Of a DNA stretch of 64,000 nt, positions 47,790 to 60,321 are shown piece by piece. The notes beneath the pieces are model-generated. The model searched no databases, was not told the DNA's origin, and worked only from the letters and a program-made list of their open reading frames with translations. The position numbers were made by a program, and so were the translations under genes. The stretch is from Nemertoderma westbladi. Taxonomy: Eukaryota; Animalia; Xenacoelomorpha. The stretch covers positions 43,916 to 107,915 of the forward strand of contig JAUCBJ010006570.1 in the NCBI GenBank assembly GCA_032718475.1. Reading direction: 5' to 3'. The number at the start of each line of letters is the position of its first letter. Position 1 is the stretch's first letter.

Positions 47790-49375
47790 ATGTTCTCCTT
47801 CACTAAGGCAGTGTGCCTGTCCCTATGTCATTTTTCACAAAGGCAGTGTGTGCCTGTCCCTATGTTATCTTTCACGAAGGCAGTGTGCCTGTCCCTATGT
47901 TATCTTTCACGAGGGCAGTGTGCCTGTCCCTATGTTATCTTTCACGAGGGCAGTGTGCCTGTCCCTGTGTTCTCCTTCACGAAGGCAGTGTGCCTGTCCC
48001 TATGTTATCTTTCACAAAGGCAGTGTGTGCCTGTCCCTATGTTATCTTTCACGAAGGCAGTGTGCCTGTCCCTATGTTATCTTTCACGAGGGCAGTGTGC
48101 CTGTCCCTGTGTTCTCCTTCACGAAGGCAGTGTGCCTCTCCCCTATGTTCTCCTTCACTAAGGCAGTGTGCCTGTCCCTATGTTATCTTTCACGAAGGTA
48201 GTGTGCCTGTCCCTATGTTATCTTTCACGAAGGCAGTGTGTCTGTCCCTATGTTATCTTTCACGAAGGTAGTGTGCCTGTCCCTATGTTATCTTTCACGA
48301 AGGCAGTGTGCCTGTCCCTATGTTATCTTTCACGAGGGCAGTGTGCCTGTCCCTATGTTATCTTTCACGAGGGCAGTGTGCCTGTCCCTGTGTTCTCCTT
48401 CACGAAGGCAGTGTGCCTCTCCCCTATGTTCTCCTTCACTAAGGCAGTGTGCCTGTCCCTGTGTTATCTTTCACGAAGACAGTGTGCCTGTCCCTATGTT
48501 ATCTTTCACGAGGGCAGTGTGCCTGTCCCTGTGTTCTCCTTCACGAAGGCAGTGTGCCTATCCCCTATGTTCTCCTTCACTAAGGCAGTGTGCCTGTCCC
48601 TATGTTATCTTTCACGAAGGTAGTGTGCCTGTCCCTATGTTATCTTTCACGAGGGCAGTGTGCCTGTCCCTGTGTTCTCCTTCACGAAGGCAGTGTGCCT
48701 CTCCCCTATGTTCTCCTTCACTAAGGCAGTGTGCCTGTCCCTATGTTATCTTTCACGAAGGCAGTGTGTCTGTCCCTATGTTCTCCTTAACGAGTGCAGT
48801 GTGCCTGTCCCTATGTTATCTTTCACGAGGGCAGTGTGCCTGTCCCTATGTTATCTTTCACGAGGGCAGTGTGCCTGTCCCTGTGTTATCTTTCACGAGG
48901 GCAGTGTGCCTGTCCCTGTGTTCTCCTTCACGAAGGCAGTGTGCCTCTCCCCTATGTTCTCCTTCACTAAGGCAGTGTGCCTGTCCCTATGTTATCTTTC
49001 ACGAAGGCAGTGTGTCTGTCCCTATGTTCTCCTTAACGAGTGCAGTTTGCCTGTCCCTATGTTATCTTTCACGAAGGCAGTGTGCCTGTCCCTATGTTAT
49101 CTTTCACGAGGGCAGTGTGCCTGTCCCTATGTTATCTTTCACGAGGGCAGTGTGCCTGTCCCTGTGTTCTCCTTCACGAAGGCAGTGTGCCTCTCCCCTA
49201 TGTTCTCCTTCACTAAGGCAGTGTGCCTGTCCCTATGTTATCTTTCACGAAGGCAGTGTGTCTGTCCCTATGTTATCTTTCACGAAGGTAGTGTGCCTGT
49301 CCCTATGTTATCTTTCACGAAGGCAGTGTGTCTGTCCCTATGTTCTCCTTAACGAGTGCAGTGTGCCTGTCCCTA
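47790..49375. repeat. 35-bp satellite, second array (same family and orientation as 9552-13380)
   Basis: Direct reading. Confidence 0.95.
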
Positions 49376-50231
49376 CTACTAGGATCGGCATGCTGCATTG
49401 TAGCTGCATTTTTAAGAATGCTGTGCCGTTTTGTCGACAAAACAACTCCCTATCACCCATGACATTTGCTAGATCATGCGCATCTTCAAGGGCAGTGTCC
49501 CTTAAGATGTGTCTCAAGAAAGTCATGGGCTACTCACCATGCTTATTCACTCCATGAGGCTTCCAAAGCACAAGATTATGCACTGGCTGGTCCTCACGGT
49601 GAAAGCAATGCCCTGCAAAGCGGGGGCGACTTTGTTCTAGTGTCAAGCTTGGGGGAACCAATGAGACACCTCCAATGTCATATAGTGTCTGGTTGGAGAT
49701 TGTGCATTATACTACACACAGTGAACCCAACTTAACATTCTTGTGAATGTACCATGCAGAGATTTGGTGTCCTCAGCAGTTAGAGTCCAGCATGGACTCC
49801 CATAGAGGAGTATTGGAACTACTGCTGCTCTAAATAACTGGACCTTAAGTTACCGATGAATTCTGTGCGACTTCCAAATCCTGGAAAGCCTATTCAAGGC
49901 TGCCCATGCCTTTCCCTTATGTATTTCAAGGTCCTCACCTGACACCCGGATCAATGAACTCAGGTAACAGAAGTCGTCCACATGCTCAAGCATACCATCT
50001 TTTGAGCTTATGCTCGTCCGATCAGAGACTTGCTGAGGACTTTCAAAGTTAACTGTCAAAATTTTGGTCTTCTTGGAGTTAACAAAAAGACCAACACTAG
50101 AAGCAGCCTGTTCTAATGAGCTGGGGAGCCGTTGGGCTCCCTCTAGTGATTCTGAGAGACTCCTAAGTCATCAGCGAAGTCTAGATCAGTTAGGTACTTG
50201 GATGGATTTCCTCGACTTCTGGAACCAGTGA
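49376..50231 (-). mobile_element. Degraded 5'-truncated copy of the RTE-type LINE, flanked by satellite on both sides
   Basis: Colinear with 28437-29305, including the (TAG)n tail; contains stops and indels. Confidence 0.9.
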
Positions 50232-50670
50232 GGCATGTGGCAGTTATGAAGGCAGTTGCCTGTCCATGTGTTCTCCTTCACGAAAGCAGTGTGCCTCGCT
50301 CCTAAGTTCTCCTTCACAAAGGCAATGTGCCTGTCCCTATGTTCTCCTTTCATGAGGCTGCCAAAGCACAAGATTATGCACTGGCTGGTCCTCACGGCGA
50401 AAGCTATGTCCTGCAAAGCGGAGGCGATTTTGTTCTAGTGTCAAGCTTGGGCCACCAATGACACACCTCCAATGTTATATAGTGTCTGGTTGGAGATGTG
50501 TGCACTGTACTTGGCACAATGAACCCGGCGTAGCATTCATGTGAAAGTGCCATCCAGAGATTTGGTGTCCTCTGCAGTTAGAGCCCAGCATGGACTCCCA
50601 TAAGAGTACTGGTACTACGACAGCCATAAATAATCGAACCTTAAGGTTCCGTTTTATTGTATGGGACTTC
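50232..50670 (-). mobile_element. About 3 degenerate 35-bp satellite units (50245-50350) fused to a further internal RTE fragment (50351-50670)
   Basis: 50351-50670 matches 28626-28947. Confidence 0.8.
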
Positions 50671-50984
50671 AGGTTAAGTGTATATACCGGTTTAACTTAA
50701 ACTTTCTGTTCCGCAACCCCTATGTAAATTTGGCGCTTTATAAATAATTATATATTATTGTTATTAAATACTATTATGGTATCTAATGGGTTATCTTTTC
50801 GCTAGGGTAAGAAGTACTTATTTTTCTCCAACTTTTGGGTGAAAAGTAAAAATATGAAGAATAAACCTCTTATCTCTGATAATGAAGAATAAATGTGCTA
50901 ATGACAGTATACATTTCATTATTGAGCATCATTTATAATACTCAATCGTTGAGCTGCTTAATTATTTGAAAAGTTATAATTTTC

Positions 50985-52055
50985 CTAAACAAAAACATTC
51001 TTTCTTTTATTTTTTAACATCTCCTTTATTGCTTTTGAGATCAATTTCATTTGTATCTTGTCTCTCTCCTCTCCTTCTTGATGCATTAGAGAGTATGGCT
51101 GACCCTGAAGGATAGGCCTATACTTGTCCTCTCTTTCTTGGCGCAATAGGTAGTATGACTGACCCTTAGGGATATCCATTTTCAGTACCCGGTAAACTTC
51201 GCCATTGATCGTGTATTCTATTCCCACATCTCTCTCTGTTGTGGGTCCTCCATGGGGAATTTCGGATCCAAGTGCCAACGATGTTGAAAGAGATTCTCTA
51301 ACGTATTTCTTCATGTTCTCCTCCTCTTCCTGCCACATGCGGAAGTTGAGACCGGTAGGCCTCCCCAAAAACGATAAATACATATTCACGGCTGTGATCG
51401 GAAGAGATTCGTCTTGTTCGGCTCGCAGTAACTTCATCTTCCTGATTTCCTCATCCAGAAAACCCTCAGCAATTTTCAATCTGTTGTTTTTCAATTCGCA
51501 CTTTACTTTAAGGTCAAATTGTTGTTTTAAATAACTGATCCTTCTAAAAGCAATGTTTTCCGTGTCAAAAATATCTTGCCTTATCTTCGATAATAATGCA
51601 CTGTTTCCGGGTATTCTTAATGAAGGAAGCGATTTTTTTTCGTTGTGGTGTTGATACGCAGCCTTTCGGAACAAGTATATTTGACTTTTATTCAGATTAA
51701 AAGGCACTTTCAGTTCAACTTTCATTTCAAGTATTGTAGAATGTTTCTCCAATGACATCAAGCTCTTCAATTGTTCAACAATTTTAAGAGAAATGTTGTG
51801 ATTTTCTTCTATTAGAGATGTAATACTTGGAGAAATTATCGTATGATCGAGTATATACATCATATTACTTATGGTTTTCTTACAATCCTCCAATTTGGAC
51901 TTCCATTCAGCGATCACCCCTGATTCATGTTCATAAAGATCCCACCTGTACATTTTGTCAACACTCAGACACTCACTATTAGGCGTATTATTTCCATGGC
52001 AAGCTGATCTACGCCAAGATTTTTTAAGGAAATATTCCAACCCTGATTTATCCAT
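50985..52055 (-). CDS. Orphan 356-aa single-exon ORF, Lys/Glu-rich, function unrecognised
   Basis: ATG-to-stop frame of 1071 nt in otherwise stop-rich AT-rich DNA, non-repetitive, with protein-like composition. No motif recognised. Confidence 0.55.
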   Translation of the reverse strand: MDKSGLEYFLKKSWRRSACHGNNTPNSECLSVDKMYRWDLYEHESGVIAEWKSKLEDCKKTISNMMYILDHTIISPSITSLIEENHNISLKIVEQLKSLMSLEKHSTILEMKVELKVPFNLNKSQIYLFRKAAYQHHNEKKSLPSLRIPGNSALLSKIRQDIFDTENIAFRRISYLKQQFDLKVKCELKNNRLKIAEGFLDEEIRKMKLLRAEQDESLPITAVNMYLSFLGRPTGLNFRMWQEEEENMKKYVRESLSTSLALGSEIPHGGPTTERDVGIEYTINGEVYRVLKMDIPKGQSYYLLRQEREDKYRPILQGQPYSLMHQEGEERDKIQMKLISKAIKEMLKNKRKNVFV

Positions 52056-52334
52056 AACCGGTACTTTTAAATATTACCCCCGTTACTCTTAAATTAGATT
52101 ACAATTGCATATTGTATATTGTATATTAGCCTGACATATTATTTTTACTCTAGTATTTCATTACAATTCTCATTGCAATTTTTTTATTTCACAATATTTA
52201 GAACATGTTTTGCTACTAATTTAGAAAAATATAAATTTCTAAAATAAATATTTATTGTTCAAGAACATAATTATTACTTACTGCATGGTAAATTATGTAG
52301 AACAGTCTTTTTCAAAATTTCTTTCATGAAACGT

Positions 52335-55300
52335 GTAAGAATAAAATGTAGCCACCGTGGAACTATAAGAAGAAAATGTAGCCACGGGCGGAACTATGAA
52401 AACAAAATGTAGCCACGGGCGGAACTATGAGAACAAAATGTAGCCATGGGCGGAACTATAAGAACAAAATGTAGCCATGTGCGGAACTATAAGTACAAAA
52501 TGTAGCTACTGACGGAACTATATGAACAACATGTAGCCACGGGCGGAACTATAAGAAGAAAATGTAGCCACGGGCGGAACTATAAAAATAAAATGTAGCC
52601 ACGAGCGGAACTATAAGAACAAAATATAGCCACAGGCGGAACTATAAGAACAAAATGTAGCCACGGGCGGAACTATAAGAAGAAAATGTAGCCACGGGCG
52701 GAACTATAAAAATAAAATGTAGCCACGGGTGGAACTATAAGAACAAAATATAGCCACAGGCGGAACTATAAGAACAAAATGTGCCATGGGCGGAACTATA
52801 TGAACAAAATGTAGCCACGGGTGGAACTATAAGAACAAAATGTAGCCATGTGCAGAACTATAAGTACAAAATGTAGCTACTGACGGAACTATAAGAACAA
52901 AATGTAGCCACGGGCGGAACTATAAGAAGAAAATGTAGCCACGGGCGGAACTATAAAAACAAAATATAGCCACGGGCGGAACTATAAGAACAAAATGTAG
53001 CCACAGGCGGAACTATAAGAACAAAATGTAGCCACGGGCGGAACTATAAGAAGAAAATGTAGCCACGGGCGGAACTATAAAAACAAAATGTAGCCACGGG
53101 CGGAACTATAAGAACAAAATGTAGCCACGGGTGGAACTATAAGAACAAAATGTAGCCATGGGCGGAACTATAAGAAGAAAATGTAGCCACGGGCGGAACT
53201 ATAAGAACAAATTGTAGCCACAGGTGGAACTATAAGAACAAAATGTAGCCACGGGTGGAATTATAAGAACAAAATGTAGCCACGGGTGGAACTATAAGAA
53301 CAAAATGTAGCCATGGGCGGAACTATAAGAAGAAAATGTAGCCACGGGCGGAACTATAAAAACAAAATGTAGCCACGGGCGGAACTATAAGAACAAAACG
53401 TAGCCATGGGCGGAACTATAAGAACAAAATGTAGCGATGGGTGGAACTATAAGAACAAAATGTAGCCATGTGCGGAACTATAAGTACAAAATGTAGCTAC
53501 TGACAGAACTATATGAACAACATGTAGCCATGGGCAGAACTATAAAAACAAAATGTAGCAACGGGTGGAACTATAAGAACAAAATGTAGCCACGGGTGGA
53601 ACTATAAGAACAAAATGTAGCCATGGGCGGAACTATAAGAACAAAATGTAGCCACGGTCGGAACTATAAGAATAAAATGTAGCCACAGGCGGAACTATAA
53701 GAACAAAATGTAGCCACGGGCGGAACTATAAGAAGAAAATGTAGCCACGGGCGGAACTATAAGAAGAAAATGTAGCCACGGGCGGAACTATAAAAACAAA
53801 ATGTAGCCACGGGCGGAACTATAAGAACAAAATGTAGCCACAGGCGGAACTATAAGAACAAAATCTAGCCACGGGTGGAACTATAAGAACAAAATGTAGC
53901 CATGGGCGGAACTATAAGAAGAAAATGTAGCCACGGGCTGAACTATAAGAACAAATTGTAGCCACAGGCGGAACTATAAGAACAAAATGTAGCCACGGGT
54001 GGAATTATAAGAACAAAATGTAGCCACGGGTGGAACTATAAGAACAAAATGTAGCCATGGGCGGAACTATAAGAAGAAAATGTAGCCACGGGCGGAACTA
54101 TAAAAACAAAATGTAGCCACGGGCGGAACTATAAGAACAAAACGTAGCCATGGGCGGAACTATAAAAACAAAATGTAGCGATGGGTGGAACTATAAGAAC
54201 AAAATGTAGCCATGTGCGGAACTATAAGTACAAGATGTAGCTACTGACAGAACTATATGAACAACATGTAGCCATGGGCAGAACTATAAAAACAAAATGT
54301 AGCAACGGGTGGAACTATAAGAACAAAATGTAGCCACGGGTGGAACTATAAGAACAAAATGTAGCCATGGGCGGAACTATAAGAACAAAATGTAGCCACG
54401 GGCGGAACTATAAGAATAAAATGTAGCCACAGGCGGAACTATAAGAACAAAATGTAGCCACGGGCGGAACTATAAGAAGAAAATGTAGCCACGGGCGGAA
54501 CTATAAGAAGAAAATGTAGCCACGGGCGGAACTATAAAAACAAAATGTAGCCACGGGCGGAACTATAAGAACAAAATGTAGCCACAGGCGGAACTATAAG
54601 AACAAAATGTAGCCATGGGCGGAACTATATGAACAAAATGTAGCCACGGGCGGAACTATAAGAACAAAATGTAGCCATGTGCGGAACTATAACTACAAAA
54701 TGTAGCTACTGACGGAACTATATGAACAACATGTAGCCATGGGCAGAACTATAAAAACAAAATGTAGCGACGGGTGGAACTATAAGAAAAAAATGTAGCC
54801 ACGGGCGGAACTAAGAACAAAATGTACCCACAGGCGGAACTATAAGAACAAAATGTAGCCACGGGCGGAACTATAAGAACAAAACGTAGCCATGGGCAGA
54901 ACTATAAAAACAAAATGTAGCGACGGGTGGAACTATAAGAACAAAATGTAGCCACAGGCGGAACTATAAGACCAAAATGTAGCCACGGGCGGAACTATAA
55001 GAACAAAATGTAGCCACGGGCGGAACTATAAGAAGAAAATGTAGCCACGGGCGGAACTATAAGAAGAAAATGTAGCCACGGGCGGAACTATAAAAACAAA
55101 ATGTAGCCACGGGCGGAACTATAAGAACAAAATGTAGCCACAGGCGGAACTATAAGAACAAAATGTAGCCATGGGCGGAACTATATGAACAAAATGTAGC
55201 CACGGGCGGAACTATAAGAACAAAATGTAGCCATGTGCGGAACTATAACTACAAAATGTAGCTACTGACGGAACTATATGAACAACATGTAGCCATGGGC

Positions 55301-55602
55301 AGAACTATAAAAACAAAATGTAGCGACGGGTGGAACTATAAGAAAAAAATGTAGCCACGGGCGGAACTAAGAACAAAATGTACCCACAGGCGGAACTATA
55401 AGAACAAAATGTAGCCACGGGCGGAACTATAAGAACAAAACGTAGCCATGGGCAGAACTATAAAAACAAAATGTAGCGACGGGTGGAACTATAAGAACAA
55501 AATGTAGCCACAGGCGGAACTATAAGACCAAAATGTAGCCACGGGCGGAACTATAAGAACAAAATGTAGCCACAGGCGAAACTATAAGAATAAAATGTAG
55601 CC
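52335..55602. repeat. 31-bp satellite (AAAATGTAGCCACGGGCGGAACTATAAGAAC), about 105 units, with higher-order blocks
   Basis: Direct reading. Diagnostic variants recur at 744 bp (53255/53999) and 556 bp (54691/55247). Confidence 0.95.
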
Positions 55603-55639
55603 TTTAAACATTATTCATAGTTACTATGGCAACAATAGT

Positions 55640-56604
55640 AGTTATAGAACACCATATAAACATGGCCTACTATATTTATACAGCCAAACAGGTCACTTGA
55701 ACTGGCCTCTTAAAAAGAGGCCAGTTTTTTTTTTAACAATATTTTGATATGGGGAGAGTGCTATAAATTTTCATTTGCTGCAATTTGGTCAATGGACGTA
55801 ATTTAAGTCGCCTCGTTAAGGAAGACACTAAATTTTATGGTAGCTAGTGTTTTAGGTAGGTTTAGCTAGTAATTTCAACACTGGTTCCGACATCCTACTT
55901 TCTTCTAGAAATATTTTTTAATAGCTAGTTTTTATTACTAATTGTATAGAAAATGTTCCAGAACATGTTAGCTCTTCATTTTTAAAAAAAAATACGTTCT
56001 AGAACAAATATTTTTTGTTCTAGAACATTTTTTTGAAAAAACGCATGGAATCGTTTTAAAACGTGTTGAAAATCAATAAAAAAAATTGTGAAAAAAAATA
56101 TTGTTGAAAATTCTTTTTGAAAAAAAAATTTCGAAAATTTTTTTTATTAATTTTAACACGTTGTAGAACGATTCCATGCGTTTTAAATAGAATCCAGATT
56201 TTTTTCAAAAAAATGTTCTAGAACAAAAAATATTTGTTCTAGAACATATTTTTTTTAAAAATGAATAGCTGACATGTTCTGGAACATTTTCTATACAAAT
56301 AGTAATAAAAACTAGCTACTAAAAAATATTTATAGATGGAAGTAGGATGTCGGAACCAGTGTTGAAATTACTAGCTAAACCTACCTAAAACACTAGCTAC
56401 CATAAAATTTTGCATCTTACTTAACGAGGATGCTTCAATTACGTCCATTGACCAAATTGCTGCAAATGAAAATTTATAGAACTCTTCCCATATCAAAATT
56501 TCAAAATATTGTTAAAAAAACTGGCCTCTTTTTAAGAGGCCAGTTCAAGTGACCTGTTAGGCCGTATAAATATAGTAGGCCATGATATAAATGTTATTTA
56601 ACTA
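55640..56604. repeat. Large imperfect palindrome (foldback-like), arms ~450 bp, centre near 56115
   Basis: CATGGCCTACTATATTTATAC...GAACTGGCCTCTTAAAAAGAGGCCAG (from 55661) mirrors CTGGCCTCTTTTTAAGAGGCCAGTTC...ATAAATATAGTAGGCCATG (to 56584), and the inner sequence mirrors throughout. Confidence 0.9.
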
Positions 56605-59044
56605 TTCTAGAACATAAATAAAATAAAAAATAGAATGTTCTGGAACAACGTTATGCCTGCCTCTCCAATAGGTTACTGGGTACCCAACACCACCCCTACA
56701 AACCCTCCCATTTTTTTAACAAGCTACAATTTATAAAGATTTGTTTAAAAAGTTTTAAAGCATGTTAGATATTATGAAAAAAAGTTCTAAAATAAACAAT
56801 AATTTTGTTCTTACAAAAATATTAAAAAAAACGTTAGCGAATAGCCTTGTTTTTAAACAATTTTGAAAGAATATGGAACATTTTCTAGATAATTAAGAAG
56901 TATAAAAAACTAGCTATACAGTATATTCGCATATGTTCTAGAATAAAATTAATGTTCTAAACATATTTACAAAAATATCAACAGTTAGCTTGTAGGCCTA
57001 TATATATTATTTTTTAACCTTTTTAAGAAAGTTCTAGAATAATAAAATTATTATTTTTCTATTCTAGAATATTTTCTTTTCTGTTCTAGAATAATAAAAT
57101 TATTCTAGAACTGTTTTAATCAATATAGCTAACAACAGTGTGTTTGGTGTATAATGTGTAAAAAAAATCAATTCAAATATCTGAAATATCTTGTAGGTTG
57201 TTGAATATTTCTAGATCATTCAAAAAGGGTGTTTTCTTGTGAAGTTGGCGCACATTAATTCTGATACAGTACGTGGTGTTTCAGAAATTCAGATATCTTA
57301 AAAAACACTAGCTACCATCATAAAAAAGGATAGTTGTTTTTACAGAACACACAAGGAAACACCCCCCGATACACCCCAACACACTAGAATACACCCCGAA
57401 CATATAGGCGAACACAGTACAGTAGTGATTAAAATCAAATCAGCCCCAAAAATAGCACACTGGGAAATGACCGGCTGAATTCATAAAACTGTGAGAAGGC
57501 AATTACATTTTTTATTCAAATGACTGTATTCCACACCCTCTAAAATAAATTAATTTTCGTTATCTTGTAACAATGGAGACTTGTCGTCCTACTGTGTCAC
57601 ATACTGTACAGTCCATAACCGCTTTGGGTAGTAGGCCTATACGGCAGAACGGCACCGGCAGTACGTTAATAATAGCCACCAGACAGGAAAAAGAAGAACA
57701 CTAAAATGAGATAGCCCGCTAAAAATAAGTACAGTAGGCCTACTAATATCTTATTATCAGAAGGATCAATTTTTGTTCTAGAATAAAAAACGTCTGAAAT
57801 GATAATAGTCATTTCACATGATAAAATTAATAAAAAAGTGGGTAGGCTACCCAGGCTACACTAATGCCAAAAAATTTTAATTATTCTGTAGGGGCCTACT
57901 GATGTTTTTTAGGTAGAACACCCTTAAAATTGGTATACTAGTTTTTACTATTTTTTAAGAATAATAAACAATTTATGTACTATTTTTCTCATTGATAAAT
58001 GTTTTAGAACATCTTAGCTAATCAGAACTACAGTACAGGCCACCAGTAAAAGCAGATTTCATCCAATGTGATCACATGTGAACACATTTGTTCAAGTCAT
58101 CTGATTGGCAGGTTATGGCGAGTTATCTTCTAGATCACACAGCAGGAGGCTAATAACTTGCTGGGACCGACAAAGGCTTTGTGTGCGGTGCGCCTGTATG
58201 TCTGATATCAGGTAGATGAGAGAGCCCCCAGGGAGTAACATTGCGGACATGGGCTGTATTGCTAGAGAGAGAACTACATACAAGACCACATGGAGGTTCA
58301 TGGAGTGGATGGGTATGTGGATGGAGGAGCCTCTAGACCATTGAATAATTAATTTAGTGCAGAGAGATGTCGCACCATTAGTCTGACACCGATAGGGCAC
58401 AGAGAAACATCAGAAGATGCCTTAACATCACTAACTATAGGCCTGCCTACTAGACACTATTAATTATCGCACACTATAAAGGTAAAGAAATCCTTATCGC
58501 ATTTCCAGCTGCAGTGAGTGACAGTTCGCGGCAAACTACAGAGTTTCCAGATTGCTAAGAGTTTCAAAAGTATTCAATTGTATCCTTTGGCGAAAAATTT
58601 TTGGCTGTTGCCATTTCAATTATGTTCAATTATGTTCAATTGTCCCGTTTAACAACATTACATTACACTGGTACACATTTGATAAAATGTGTTCACAATT
58701 GTACAAATCTGCGTTTTCTGGTGGCCTGTACTGTAGGAACAAAATTTTCTAGAACATATAGTTTTTCGTAAATAGAACATTAAAAAAGTATGTAAAAATA
58801 ATTATTTATAACATGGAAAAAAAAAGTAGTACTTTTTTTTCATTATTCTCGAGGCATTTTATTTACCGAGCGCCAGCGAGGTTAATAAAGGGACGAGCGA
58901 ATATTGAAAAAAAATGTGCTACGTTTTTTTCCCCATGTAATACTGTACGTAATTTTATTCTTAAATTGGTACTTTTTTTGTTGCAAAATTCCTTAATAAA
59001 ACGTAGCAAAACTACAGTACAGTTGTGTTGCAAAATAAATTTTT

Positions 59045-59372
59045 TTACAGTTTTTTACTATATTGCTTCTCACTGCGATTCAAATTATTTTACTCTTCAA
59101 CACTCGATGTTGCCTTACTCAATGTTAAAATAATTGAGTGTTCTCGAATATTTATTACGTAACTAAAGAGCCGCTTAACCACATACACCAATATTGGATA
59201 TTGAGTTCCGATTTGTAGTTCGCCTTGCAGACACTAAACTTGCAATAATTTAGAGTTTTTTTTTTGCGGTCAAATTACTTGCAAACCTTTTCTACGTCGA
59301 TGCTCTTTCAATACATGTAATAAAATTTAAGAAATTCCAACCAAAATATTTCACTTTACTTGTTTTGCCGGG
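59045..59372 (-). repeat. Dispersed repeat, inverted homolog of 3971-4640 without the insert
   Basis: See the feature at 3971. Confidence 0.7.
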
Positions 59373-60321
59373 AAAAAAAGTAAAATCAATGCAATCCTAT
59401 TGTTTACTTTTTCCCTAGGGAAAAAAAGTGAAACTTTTTCTCCCGATTTGGGGTATATTCCAACGAAAAAGTGACAATTTAAGAATAAAATATAATTTTT
59501 AAAATTTAATTTCATCTAATTTTTATCGCGGCTGCCAAGCTGTGGTGCCGAGAGATTATACAGTAGCTAATGTTTTTATAGATCTAGAATGCGTCCAGGG
59601 GATCCATTTCAGCTTCCATTGCTGACTTTACTGCTGCAGCGAACTGCGTATATTTCTCATAATATGGTTATTTTCATAATTTATCAGGCTGGACTATCTA
59701 TTTGAATTCTCGATAGTTCCCTTTATAATGGGGTTTTCAGGTGTAGCAGCAGTGATTGGTTATGGGGTGGACTTGTTAAGACCCGTTGGCACGAATGCTA
59801 AATTTGGTCCTTCCCACAACCAGGCGATGATTAGTTAGATTCTGAAATGAAATGTACCCACTCTGGGACAGGAGCACTGGAACAGCCATAAAGTAAGATC
59901 CTCTACATTTCTTATGGAAAATGAGGTGATCTTTCTGAGACTTATGACCACTTATTAATAGGACTATCCTGCGACCTGCAATATCATCTTTCTATCGGTA
60001 CCAGCAATCACCCTTAAGATTAAATAATAACAGCAGTGCGCTATTGAAATACCGATGGAGACACCTTGTACAGTGTACATTTTGTACAGTGTAGCTAAAG
60101 ATTGAAAGCTAAAATAAAATTTCTGACTCACCTCATGACCTTCCGACATGAGAAGTCGGGAAGTTAAACTAGAAAGCCAGCAAGCTGGCTATAAGAAGAC
60201 CGTCTATAAGACAACAACACCGAAAAAAATAAATCTTAATTCCGTTTCTGTGTTAGTCCGACGCGAAAAGATGAACAAATTTAACCATATCCAATCACGG
60301 CATCTCCAATTTAATATAAGC

